Below are positions 8,127-18,700 of a stretch of DNA of 64,000 nt, in pieces. Where the stretch lies: the NCBI GenBank assembly GCA_016860985.1, contig BOKM01000001.1, forward strand, positions 789,857 to 853,856, given 5' to 3'. The first letter of the stretch is position 1, and each line of letters begins with the position of its first letter. The stretch is from Patescibacteria group bacterium. Lineage in GTDB: Bacteria > Patescibacteriota > Dojkabacteria > GCA-002793355. The position numbers were made by a program, and so were the translations under genes. The notes beneath the pieces are model-generated. The model was not told the origin of the DNA. It saw only the letters and a program-made list of their open reading frames with translations, and searched no databases.

Positions 8127-9918
8127 TTTAAAGAAAAAAATCACTAGCCTCAAACCAATTAAAGCGTGGCAAAAGAAGCGCAAGCTCAAGGCCATGACAA
8201 ATCAGGCCGTTAAAATTGCTTTTGGCACGCAAGATCAAGTGGATTTAATCTCTTACGCAGGACTCAAAGAAGAGTCTAGCTATTTGCAGATAAACGACCG
8301 ATTCGTCAGAACTATGTTTGTCTCGGGATACCCTTATGTGGCTTCAACTGGTTGGCTTAATAACCTGATTAACTTTAATCATGATATTGATATCAGCTAC
8401 CACATCGAACAAGTTGATCCTTTAACCGCCCTGCCCAAACTGATTAGAAAAATAACTGAACTAGAATCCACAAAGCGCACCATGCTCAAAGAAGGCAAGG
8501 TTATCGGGAGCGAGATTACTGATCCTCTTGAATCTGCTATGGAGCTTAAAGACAAAATCCAGCGGGGCATGGAGAAGCTGTTCCAAATCTCAATCTATAT
8601 GACGATTGGTGCGGAATCACTCATTGAGCTAAATAAAGTCACTAAACTTTTAGAAACTGTCATGCAGACGAGACTCTTCTACATCAAGCCTGCCACTTTT
8701 CAGCAGATCGAAGGCTTGCAGTCCATTCTCCCCAGAGCTGAGAATAAATTAGCTCAAAAACGTAACCTTGATAGCTCAAGCGCTGCCCTTACTTTTCCTT
8801 TCGTCTCATCTGAACTCGTCCAAGAGTCAGGTATTCTCTATGGCATCAACAAATCCAATAACTCACTGGTGATCATCGACCGCTACTCCTTAAATAATGC
8901 TAACTCGATTATTTTTGCACAATCTGGATCGGGTAAAAGTTATACCGCCAAGGTCGAAATCCTCCGCCACCTCATGCAAGGCACCAAAGTCATCATTATC
9001 GACCCTGAGCGCGAATACAAACAGTTGGCGGCCAGTGTTGGTGGAACATATATCAAACTCTCAGCCACTTCCAAAGAGAAAATTAATCCGTTTCAATTTT
9101 CCCAGCACTCGGTAACGCAAGAGAATAATTTATCTGAACACATTCAGGATTTAACCGAGCTCATTTCCCTCATGGTTGGCTCACTCACCTCAGAGGAGCG
9201 GGCATCGGTTGATCGCGCTCTGCTTCTCACCTACAAAGAGGCCAAGTTAACGCCTCGCAAAAATGCCAAAAAACAAAAAGAAGTTGAATATCCACTACTT
9301 AAGGATTTCTACAAAAACCTCAAAGCCATGAAGCATAAGGATTTATGTGACAGACTTGAGAGATTTGTAAAAGGGTCGCTATCAACCGTCTTTGATTCTC
9401 AAACAAATATTCAATTGGATAACCGCCTGATTGTCTTTGACATTAAAGACTTAAACGAATCCATTAGATCAATCATGATGATGGTGGTGGCCAACTTCGT
9501 AAATAATGAGGTTAAACAAAATCCCCAGAAGCGAATGCTCGTTATTGATGAGGGATGGATACTTCTCCAAGAGCCAGAGAGTGCGAGGTTTATCTCTGGA
9601 TTAGTTCGTCGTGCCAGAAAATATTATCTGGGTGTCACGATTACCTCCCAACAAGCCAACGACTTTCTTAACCAAGACTACGGCAAGGCCATTGCTAGTC
9701 AGTCGTCTCTCCGAATCCTGATGCGCCAAGATACGACCACCATCAAAAAAGTGGCTGATGAGTTCCATTTATCTGCATATGAACAACACTATCTGCTAAC
9801 CTGTGATCGGGGTGAGGCTTTAATTATTGCTGATCAAAACCATGTTGCAGTGAAAATTGTGGCCTCAGAGCAAGAGCATCCACTTCTGACTACTGATCCC
9901 CGGGAAGTCTATATCTAG
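8119..9918 (+). CDS. virB4: VirB4/TraE-family T4SS ATPase (C-terminal about 600 aa)
   Basis: GYPYVASTGWLNNL motif, Walker A AQSGSGKSY, Walker B VIDEGW, conserved C-terminal region. Confidence 0.8.
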   Translation: MFNLKKKITSLKPIKAWQKKRKLKAMTNQAVKIAFGTQDQVDLISYAGLKEESSYLQINDRFVRTMFVSGYPYVASTGWLNNLINFNHDIDISYHIEQVDPLTALPKLIRKITELESTKRTMLKEGKVIGSEITDPLESAMELKDKIQRGMEKLFQISIYMTIGAESLIELNKVTKLLETVMQTRLFYIKPATFQQIEGLQSILPRAENKLAQKRNLDSSSAALTFPFVSSELVQESGILYGINKSNNSLVIIDRYSLNNANSIIFAQSGSGKSYTAKVEILRHLMQGTKVIIIDPEREYKQLAASVGGTYIKLSATSKEKINPFQFSQHSVTQENNLSEHIQDLTELISLMVGSLTSEERASVDRALLLTYKEAKLTPRKNAKKQKEVEYPLLKDFYKNLKAMKHKDLCDRLERFVKGSLSTVFDSQTNIQLDNRLIVFDIKDLNESIRSIMMMVVANFVNNEVKQNPQKRMLVIDEGWILLQEPESARFISGLVRRARKYYLGVTITSQQANDFLNQDYGKAIASQSSLRILMRQDTTTIKKVADEFHLSAYEQHYLLTCDRGEALIIADQNHVAVKIVASEQEHPLLTTDPREVYI

Positions 9919-9920
9919 CT

Positions 9921-10535
9921 ATGAATCCAAAGCTAGTACTTACACTCTGGTCGTTTCGCAAAGAACTTAAATTCGTCCTCCTCGCATTCTTCACTATCCT
10001 CATGCTCCCTGTCATTGCGGTCATTCTACTGACTCAGGTGGGTATAAATATAATCTCTGACAAACTCGTAGATCAAAATGCCACAACTCAGGCCATTCAG
10101 ATCAAAGATCCAACCACTGGTGAGGTAGTAACGGAAATAAACCCCACCGTTGTCTGGCCAACTAAAGGGATAATTACTCTGGAATTTGCACAATCGAGTA
10201 TGTATCAGGTCTTTCACACTGGCATTGATCTCGCCAGCAAGCTTGATGAACCAGTGAATCCTGCTATGGACGGCACTGTTATTTACGCGGGAGAGATATT
10301 CTGGGGTTATGGCAAGCACGTCATTATTGACCACGGCAATAATGTGATGACCATCTATGCCCACCTAAACAAGATTTATGTCTTTAAAGGCCAAAAGGTG
10401 ACCACCAGCGACGTAATCGGTGGCCAAGGTCAAACTGGCTGGGCAACGGGAGTGCATCTTCACTTTCAGGTGAATGTATATGGCATACCAGTGAATCCAA
10501 GGGTGTTTTTAGATAATAAAACCGCTGCTAAGTAG
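9921..10535 (+). CDS. M23 (LytM-type) metallopeptidase with N-terminal TM; T4SS-associated cell-wall hydrolase candidate
   Basis: HTGIDLA ... IDHG ... TIYAHL ... GVHLHFQ M23 signature; start 3 nt after the VirB4 stop. Confidence 0.75.
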   Translation: MNPKLVLTLWSFRKELKFVLLAFFTILMLPVIAVILLTQVGINIISDKLVDQNATTQAIQIKDPTTGEVVTEINPTVVWPTKGIITLEFAQSSMYQVFHTGIDLASKLDEPVNPAMDGTVIYAGEIFWGYGKHVIIDHGNNVMTIYAHLNKIYVFKGQKVTTSDVIGGQGQTGWATGVHLHFQVNVYGIPVNPRVFLDNKTAAK

Positions 10536-10594
10536 AAGCATTTTATTTCGTAACGTACTATAATGATTAAGTACGAATTAGTATCAAAAGTACC

Positions 10595-10777
10595 ATGGTC
10601 ATGGAAGAACTATTAACATTAAAAGAGGCTGCAAATGTCCTCAAAGTACACCCAAACACCTTGAGGGATTGGGATAAAAAAGGGATACTTAAAGCTGTTC
10701 GGATTGGTATCAAAAAAAGCTTAAGATACCGAAAAGAAGATATAGAAAAATTTATTAGTCACAAAAACGGTAAATAA
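10595..10777 (+). CDS. small HTH DNA-binding protein (excisionase/MerR-like HTH_17)
   Basis: LTLKEAANVLKVHPNTLRDWDKKGILKAVRIG is a typical HTH_17 pattern; first gene of the RM operon. Confidence 0.55.
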   Translation: MVMEELLTLKEAANVLKVHPNTLRDWDKKGILKAVRIGIKKSLRYRKEDIEKFISHKNGK

Positions 10778-10779
10778 CT

Positions 10780-12363
10780 ATGACAAATAACAATCAAAAC
10801 ACTACTAAAGAGCAAGAGCGAGCCGAGCTTCACCGAGCCATTTGGCAAATCGCCAATGACTTACGCGGTAGTGTGGATGGTTGGGATTTCAAATCTTACG
10901 TGTTAGGAATGCTTTTTTATCGTTTCATTAGTGAAAACTTGACTAGCTATATCAATGCCGATGAACGACGATCTGGTAAAAAAGATTTTGATTATGCCAA
11001 ACTAACAGATAAAGAGGCAGAATTTGGAAGAACGGACACGGTAAAAGAAAAAGGCTTCTATATCTTGCCGAGCGAACTGTTTATTAACGTTTGCAAAAAT
11101 GCCAGAAATGACAAAAATCTTAACGAAACTCTATCAAAAGTTTTTACCAACATTGAAAACTCTGCAAAGGGATCAGTAAGTGAAGATGATCTTAAAGGTT
11201 TATTTGCCGATTTGGACGTTAATTCTAGCAAGCTTGGAAACACCGTAGAGCATCGCAATCAAAAACTAGTGAAGATTGTTGAGGCTATTGGTAATCTTCG
11301 CCTTGGTAATTACTCTGACAATACAATCGATGCTTTCGGTGATGCCTATGAGTTCTTAATGACCATGTACGCCTCTAACGCAGGTAAATCTGGAGGAGAA
11401 TTCTATACTCCTCAGGAAGTTAGTGAATTACTCGCGGAGATTACTACTGTTGGCAAGAAAGAAGTTAACAAGGTGTACGACCCTGCCTGTGGATCTGGCT
11501 CGCTCCTTCTAAAATTTGCGAAAGTTTTGGGAAGAGAAAATGTTCGTCAAGGTTTCTTTGGTCAAGAAATTAATCTCACTACCTACAATCTTTGTCGTAT
11601 CAACATGTTTCTACACGACATTAACTACAACAATTTTGACGTAGCTCTTGGCGACACACTTATTGATCCTAAACATTGGGATGATGAGCCATTCGATGCG
11701 ATTGTTTCCAATCCTCCCTATTCGATTAGATGGGAAGGTGATGCTAATCCACTTCTGATCAATGATCCTAGATTCTCACCTGCTGGAGTTTTGGCACCAA
11801 AGAGTAAGGCTGACTTGGCCTTTACAATGCATATGCTTTCGTGGCTTTCTACTAGTGGCACGGCTGCAATAGTCGAATTTCCCGGCGTTCTTTATCGAGG
11901 CGGTGCAGAACAGAAAATTAGAAAGTATTTAATTGACAACAACTATGTGGATACAGTGATTCAACTTCCACCAGATTTATTTTTTGGTACGACTATTGCC
12001 ACCTGTATTATCGTGCTAAAGAAAAGCAAAAAAGATAACAAAATTCTATTCATTGATGCATCGGCCGAGTTTGTTCGTAATGGTAATAAAAATAAATTAA
12101 GTGAAACAAATAGACTCAAAATCTTAGAAGCTTTTACATCTCGATCTGATGCAGAGTATTTCGCCAAGCTAGTTGATAGTAAAGATATCGCAATTAATGA
12201 TTACAACATTGCTGTATCAAGTTATGTAACTGCAGAGGACACTCGTGAAGAAATAAACATCACCGAGCTAAATGCAAAGATTAGCCAAATAGTGTCTAGA
12301 CAATCTGAGTTAAGAAAAGCGATCGATGAAATTGTTGAGGATATTGAAGGTGAAAACACATGA
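10780..12363 (+). CDS. hsdM: Type I restriction-modification N6-adenine DNA methyltransferase subunit HsdM
   Basis: GEFYTPQEV motif, SGS AdoMet motif, NPPY catalytic motif (SNPPYSIRW). Confidence 0.9.
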   Translation: MTNNNQNTTKEQERAELHRAIWQIANDLRGSVDGWDFKSYVLGMLFYRFISENLTSYINADERRSGKKDFDYAKLTDKEAEFGRTDTVKEKGFYILPSELFINVCKNARNDKNLNETLSKVFTNIENSAKGSVSEDDLKGLFADLDVNSSKLGNTVEHRNQKLVKIVEAIGNLRLGNYSDNTIDAFGDAYEFLMTMYASNAGKSGGEFYTPQEVSELLAEITTVGKKEVNKVYDPACGSGSLLLKFAKVLGRENVRQGFFGQEINLTTYNLCRINMFLHDINYNNFDVALGDTLIDPKHWDDEPFDAIVSNPPYSIRWEGDANPLLINDPRFSPAGVLAPKSKADLAFTMHMLSWLSTSGTAAIVEFPGVLYRGGAEQKIRKYLIDNNYVDTVIQLPPDLFFGTTIATCIIVLKKSKKDNKILFIDASAEFVRNGNKNKLSETNRLKILEAFTSRSDAEYFAKLVDSKDIAINDYNIAVSSYVTAEDTREEINITELNAKISQIVSRQSELRKAIDEIVEDIEGENT

Positions 12364-14561
12364 CGGACTTAAAGTTAGACATAAAATTAGAAAATTGTTA
12401 TGGGATTAAGAAGCTTGATCATAAGTTTGATTTTTCAAAATGTCATACCTTTGTAATTTATGCTCCAAACGGTGTGATGAAAACATCCTTTGCAAACACT
12501 TTTAAAGACCTTGCCAGTGCCAAAGTACCCTGTGATCGCATCGACGATTCTCTAACACCGATTTGTGAGGTTTTAGATTGTAGTCAAAATACACAGCCTC
12601 AACCTGAATCAATTTGTGTTATTGAACCATATAACGAGAAAGCATTTGACTCTGAGGGGAAGGTGCTTACACTTCTGGCTAACGAAGAAGTTAGAAAAGA
12701 ATATCTTGGTATCTATTCAGAGTTAGATAAGGAAAAACAGTCATTAATTAAAACTCTTAAAAAAGTTTCAAAAAGTAATAACTGTGAGGCGGAATTAGTT
12801 TCGACTTTCTCAACAAGCAAGGAAAACATTTTTGAAGTTTTACTTAAAATAGTAGATGATTCGCGAAAGTCTACAGAAAAATATGATTTCAAATATAACG
12901 TAGTTTTCGACCCGGCAGGAAAAGTTAAGGATTTTCTAAATGAAAATAAAGAACTTTTTACCCAATACTGTGATAAGTACAATGATTTAATCAGTCATTC
13001 TGACTTTTTCGCCAAAAGTGGCGAAACTGTTTTTGGTACATCGGAGGCAAAAAGTCTTAGTGACTCAGTAAAAGGCAACGAGTTCTTTTCTGCTGGACAC
13101 GGATTAAATATAAAAAAATACGGTAGCATTGGTGACAATAAACGATTCAACGAGATAGTAGACGAAGAAATACAGAAGATATTTAACGATAAAGACCTAA
13201 AAGGTATTTTTGACAAAGTTGAGAAAAAGCTTAATGCAAATCAAACCCTTTCCGACTTCAAAAAATTGATAGAGAAAAATCCGGCACTTGTAGTGAAGCT
13301 TGCAGATTACGAACAGTTTAGGAAAGATGCATGGTTCAGCTTTCTCGGTCAAATTATTAATGAGTTGGATAAATTAGTTGCTTTATACATTAGTAAAAAA
13401 ACAGAGATTGAAGATCTTATTAAAAAGGCGAATGAACAACAGTCGAAGTGGGAGGATGCCATTCAAGAATTCAGCGATCGATTCTTCAATATGCCATTTT
13501 CCCTGAGCATAGAAAATAAATCAGACGCAATTCTGAACACACAAACACCAACAATCTCCTTTAAATTTAAAGGGAAGCCCGTCGACAGAAAGAAGATGAT
13601 TGACGTTTTGAGTCAAGGTGAAAAAAGGGCGTTTTATATATTAAATGTGATTTTTGAAGTTAAGTCACGCCAACTTAGTGGTACAAAAACGCTATTTATT
13701 ATCGATGATATAGCAGATTCATTCGACTACAAGAATAAATACGCTATCGTAGAGTATTTGCATGATATTTCCAGAGATCCAAACTTTTACTCTATAGTGA
13801 TGACCCATAACTTTGATCTGTTTCGGACACTTCAATCCCGAGTGTTACAAAATAATAAATGGACTAATTCGCTCATAGCTGAAAAGGTGGCTGATGAGAT
13901 TCGTTTAGTTGATGCTGGAAGTAAAAATATTACTGATCCTTTCTCTTTGTGGAAAAGGGACGTTCACAGTAACGAAAAATACCTTATTGCTTCGATTCCT
14001 TTTGTTCGCAATTTAATCGAATATAAAGATAGTCAAAATATCAGCTATCGTCTATTAACTCACGCACTTCACCAAAAAATGGCAGACCCCGTAAATAGTA
14101 TTAAAGCAACAGACGATATTTCTATAAGTGACTTGGAGCCTATTTTTTTAAGTGTTTTGTCAATCTCGCCTTTTACATATACAGACACATCTAAAAAAAT
14201 TATTGATATTATCGACAAATTGACTACAGATATTGTCAGTGCAGCAGACTCGGATTCAATAGTACTTGAGGATAAAATAATTCTGGCAATTGGATCTAGA
14301 TTGAAAGCTGAAAAATATATGTGGTCTAAGGTAACAGATCAGTCTGAAATTTCTGGAAATCAAACAGGATTATTATTTCGAAGATTTAAAGATGAATTTG
14401 CTAGTGACCAAAGCTACAAAGACAAAATTCGAATACTTGAAAATGTCAACATTATGACTCCAGAAAACATACACCTGAACTCTTTTATGTACGAGCCGAT
14501 CTTAGATATGTCGATAGACGAGTTAAAGCATTTATATGGTGAGGTCAGTAAATTAAATTAA
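12360..14561 (+). CDS. ABC/SMC-type ATPase with degenerate Walker A and long coiled-coil insert (PrrC/RloC- or OLD/PARIS-like topology), embedded in the Type I RM operon
   Basis: N-terminus LDIKLENCYGIKKLDHKFDFSKCHTFVIYAPNGVMKTS parallels the SbcC/Rad50/OLD N-terminus (GPNGSGKST replaced by APNGVMKTS); about 300 aa coiled-coil; ABC signature-like LSQGEKRAF; Walker B LFIIDDI; H-loop-like THN; about 250-aa C-terminal domain of unknown function; start overlaps the hsdM stop (ATGA). Confidence 0.5.
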   Translation: MTDLKLDIKLENCYGIKKLDHKFDFSKCHTFVIYAPNGVMKTSFANTFKDLASAKVPCDRIDDSLTPICEVLDCSQNTQPQPESICVIEPYNEKAFDSEGKVLTLLANEEVRKEYLGIYSELDKEKQSLIKTLKKVSKSNNCEAELVSTFSTSKENIFEVLLKIVDDSRKSTEKYDFKYNVVFDPAGKVKDFLNENKELFTQYCDKYNDLISHSDFFAKSGETVFGTSEAKSLSDSVKGNEFFSAGHGLNIKKYGSIGDNKRFNEIVDEEIQKIFNDKDLKGIFDKVEKKLNANQTLSDFKKLIEKNPALVVKLADYEQFRKDAWFSFLGQIINELDKLVALYISKKTEIEDLIKKANEQQSKWEDAIQEFSDRFFNMPFSLSIENKSDAILNTQTPTISFKFKGKPVDRKKMIDVLSQGEKRAFYILNVIFEVKSRQLSGTKTLFIIDDIADSFDYKNKYAIVEYLHDISRDPNFYSIVMTHNFDLFRTLQSRVLQNNKWTNSLIAEKVADEIRLVDAGSKNITDPFSLWKRDVHSNEKYLIASIPFVRNLIEYKDSQNISYRLLTHALHQKMADPVNSIKATDDISISDLEPIFLSVLSISPFTYTDTSKKIIDIIDKLTTDIVSAADSDSIVLEDKIILAIGSRLKAEKYMWSKVTDQSEISGNQTGLLFRRFKDEFASDQSYKDKIRILENVNIMTPENIHLNSFMYEPILDMSIDELKHLYGEVSKLN

Positions 14562-14567
14562 GCAAAT

Positions 14568-15764
14568 ATGACTAAGCATCAAAGCAGAATAGACCAATTA
14601 ATCACAGAGCTCTGTCGAAATGGCGTGGAATTTAAAGAGTTAGGTGAATTAGGTTATTTTTATGGAGGTCTAACAGGAAAAAGCAAAGAAGATTTTAGTA
14701 ACGGTACGTCAAAATATGTTTCCTATATGAATGTGTATTCAAACATATCTGTAAATATCGAGATTGAGGACTTTGTAAAACTAAATTCCGATGAAAAACA
14801 GAATGCAATTGAATATGGTGATATTTTATTCACTGGTTCATCTGAAACCCCTGATGAATGTGGAATGTCTTCCGTACTGACGACAAAATTATCAGAACCG
14901 TTATATCTAAACAGTTTTTGTTTTGGTTTTCGACTTAACGATGTATCTTTATTTAATCCTGAATTTCTCAAACATCTTTTTAGAGGCAATTATGTCAGAA
15001 AACAGATTGCTAATACCGCAAGTGGCGTTACACGATTTAATGTATCAAAAAAACGTTTTGCAAAAATAAAAATTCCTGTTCCACCACTTGAAATCCAAGA
15101 TGAAATTGTAAATATTCTTAATAAGTTTACAGAGCTAGAATCAGAGCTAGAATCAGAGCTAGAAGCGAGAGTAGAACAGTATGAGTACTATAGAGAAAAT
15201 CTGCTGGATTATAATGCCAATGTTGAACATAAAACTCTTGGTGATTCTTTTTCTATGTTAGCGGGCCATTTCATTTCGGCGAACAATATATCAAATAATC
15301 AAGATGATATTAATCAATATCCCTGCTTCGGTGGCAACGGATTTCGTGGTTATGTGAGCAAAAAAAGTCATGAAGGGAGATATGTGTTGATTGGTAGGCA
15401 GGGTGCTCTTTGTGGGAATACAAAACGTGTTGATGGCAAATTTTATGCGACTGAGCACGCAATTGTGGTTACTCCTAAAAACGACATAGATATTAATTGG
15501 GCATTTCATATGCTGACATATATGAATCTCAACAAATATGCATCAAAATCAGCTCAGCCAGGTCTCGCTGTTGGAAATCTTGAAAAAGTAATGATTAAAG
15601 TACCAAAATTGAGTGAGCAAAGAAGAATTGCGTCAATACTGGATAAATTTGATTCTCTAGTTAATGACATTACAATCGGCCTACCAGCCGAACTTAATGC
15701 CAGACATCAACAATACGAGTATTATCGAAATAAATTGCTAACATTTAAAGAATATGTCGGATAA
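14568..15764 (+). CDS. hsdS: Type I RM specificity subunit HsdS (two target-recognition domains)
   Basis: Two TRDs separated by central conserved helix (LESELESELEARVEQYEYYRENLL) and C-terminal repeat of the same helix (ARHQQYEYYRNKLL). Confidence 0.85.
   Translation: MTKHQSRIDQLITELCRNGVEFKELGELGYFYGGLTGKSKEDFSNGTSKYVSYMNVYSNISVNIEIEDFVKLNSDEKQNAIEYGDILFTGSSETPDECGMSSVLTTKLSEPLYLNSFCFGFRLNDVSLFNPEFLKHLFRGNYVRKQIANTASGVTRFNVSKKRFAKIKIPVPPLEIQDEIVNILNKFTELESELESELEARVEQYEYYRENLLDYNANVEHKTLGDSFSMLAGHFISANNISNNQDDINQYPCFGGNGFRGYVSKKSHEGRYVLIGRQGALCGNTKRVDGKFYATEHAIVVTPKNDIDINWAFHMLTYMNLNKYASKSAQPGLAVGNLEKVMIKVPKLSEQRRIASILDKFDSLVNDITIGLPAELNARHQQYEYYRNKLLTFKEYVG
15132..15167 (+). repeat. 12-bp tandem repeat (GAGCTAGAATCA x2 plus one imperfect copy) inside the hsdS central conserved region
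   Basis: Direct reading; encodes (ELES)2-ELEA. Confidence 0.8.
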
Positions 15765-18700
15765 CAAACATACATACTACAACATGGTCGCGCAAGGCTC
15801 AGAGAGCACTGTGGTGGCTGAATATACTCGAGATGCAAATATGGTACGCGACGTTGGCTACCAAAGTGAGAATGATCTTGAGCAAACATTCATTAAACAA
15901 CTTCAATCTCAGGCATACGAATACGTTTCTATAAAATCCGAAGCAGATTTAATAGCAAATCTTAGACGACAACTAGAGAAGCTTAATAACTATTCCTTCA
16001 GTGATGGTGAGTGGGAAAAGTTTTTCGTTAGCACACTAGCTAACCCTAATCAAAGCATTGTCGAAAAAACCATCACTATTCAAGAAGATTACATTAAGAA
16101 CCTCACTCGCGATGATGGATCAATCAAGAACATTTATCTCATCAAAAAAGACAATATTCACGATAATTTTTTGCAGGTTATTAATCAGTATGCGACTGAG
16201 GATGGGCAACGCTCTAACCGTTACGATGTCACTGTCTTAGTCAATGGCCTCCCATTGGTTCATATTGAACTAAAACGCCGTGGAGTCGCCATTCAGGAAG
16301 CTTTCAACCAGATAAATAGGTATAACCGTGAGAGTTTTTGGGCTTCATCTGGACTCTTCGAATATGTGCAGATTTTTATCATCTCAAACGGTACTCATAC
16401 CAAGTACTACAGCAACACTACCCGCGCCCAGCATGTAAAAGATTCTAGTGAGGGTTCAGCCAAAGTAGGTAAGCGAACCAGTAACAGCTTTGAATTTACG
16501 AGTTGGTGGGCAGATGCTACTAATCGCCCAATTACCGATCTAATGGACTTTGCCAAAACCTTTTTTGCCAAACACACCATTCTCAATATCCTGACTCGCT
16601 ACTGTGTATTTACCACCGATAAGTTGCTTTTGGTGATGCGCCCATACCAAATTGTGGCTACTGAAAGGATTCTAAATAGGATCGAGGTCAGTACCAATTA
16701 TAAAAAAATGGGAACTGTCGAGGCTGGCGGATATATCTGGCATACCACTGGATCAGGAAAAACACTTACCAGCTTTAAAACCGCCCAGTTAGTCAGCAAG
16801 CTTATTGATATTGAAAAAGTAATCTTTGTGGTAGATCGTAAAGATCTGGACTATCAGACCATGCGTGAGTACGACAAATTTGAGAAAGGGGCGGCTAACA
16901 GCAATACCAGCACCGCGATTCTTACGAAACAACTAAGTGATCCAAATGCTCGAATCATAGTCACTACAATCCAGAAACTTGATCGATTTATTAGTCGCAA
17001 TGGTCAGCATGCTATTTTTGATGGTCATGTAGTGCTCATTTTTGACGAATGTCATCGTTCTCAATTTGGCGATATGCATGCCGCCATAACCAAAGCATTC
17101 AATAATTATCACCTGTTTGGATTTACCGGCACGCCAATCTTTGCCATCAACTCTTCATCAGGAGGTCGTCCCGACTTTAAAACCACAGAGCAAGCGTTTG
17201 GTGAAAAGCTTCACACCTACACCATAGTCGATGCTATTGCAGATAAGAATGTTTTACCGTTTAAAGTTGACTACATTTCTACGGTTCGTGAAGCCGAGGA
17301 TATTGAAGATAAAAAAGTGAATGATATCGACCGCGAAGCTATCCTCTCAGCGCCTGAGCGAATATCAAATATTGTCAAATACATTCGTGAACATTTCGAT
17401 CAAAAAACGAAGAGAAATAGTTACTACAAAATAAAAGATCGTCGCCTGGCAGGATTTAACTCAATATTTGCAGTTGCTTCCATTGATGTCGCTAAGAAAT
17501 ATTATTCGGAGTTTAAGAAGCAATTAGAAGGTCTCCCAAGCGACAAACAACTCAAAGTAGCCACTATTTATAGTTTTGGTGTGAACGATGAAGATCTTGA
17601 TGGAATGATCGATGAGAACTCAGAAGATACTGCAGGCCTTGATGTGAGCTCACGCGATTTTTTGGAGAGCGCAATTTCCGACTACAACAGGATGTTTGGG
17701 ACTTCCTACGATACCTCATCCGACAAGTTCCAAAACTACTACAAAGATGTGAGTGAGCGAGTTAAAAACCGAGAAATAGATATCTTGATTGTGGTAAACA
17801 TGTTTTTAACAGGATTTGATGCAACTACGCTCAATACACTTTGGGTCGATAAGAATTTGAGGCTACATGGTCTTCTTCAAGCTTTCTCCCGCACCAATCG
17901 AATACTTAACAGCGTAAAAACGTTCGGTAATATTGTGTGCTTCCGCAACCTAGAAAAGGCTACCAATGAGTCGATCGCCTTGTTTGGTGATAAAGAAGCC
18001 AGTGGTATCGTGTTATTGAAAGCTTATGACGACTACTATCACGGATATAAGGATGGAGATAAGGAAGTCCGTGGCTATGAAAGCTTAGTTAAGGAATTAC
18101 TAGAGAGATTCCCTGTTGGTGAGCGAATACTCGGAGAACAGAACCAAAAAGATTTCGTAAAGTTATATGGAGCAATTTTGCGAGTCCGTAATATATTGTC
18201 TACCTTTGACGAATTTGCTGGTAACGAAATACTAAGCGATCGCGACGTACAGGATTATCACAGTGCCTATATCGATATTTACAATGAATTCCGTAAGTCT
18301 AAAAAAGAAGAAAAGGAAAATGTTAATGAAGATGTAATTTTTGAAATGGAGCTTATCAAGCAAGTCGATATAAATATCGACTATATTCTTGGATTGATTA
18401 AGAAATATCATGAGGATCACACTAAGAACAAAGAATTATTGCTCGATATTAACAAGGCAATTGATTCAAGCGTTGAGCTTCGTAACAAGAAAGATTTAAT
18501 CAACCAGTTTATTGCCTCATTGGATATTCATTCGGTCGTTGATGATGATTGGCAAAAATTTATTGAAGGCAAGAAGGTTGAAGAACTCGAGTCCATAATT
18601 GAATCAGAAGGATTGGATCACGATGCAACATACACCTTTATCAAAAACGCATTCCGTAATGGAAACGTAACAACAACTGGTACTGCAATTACAAATATTT

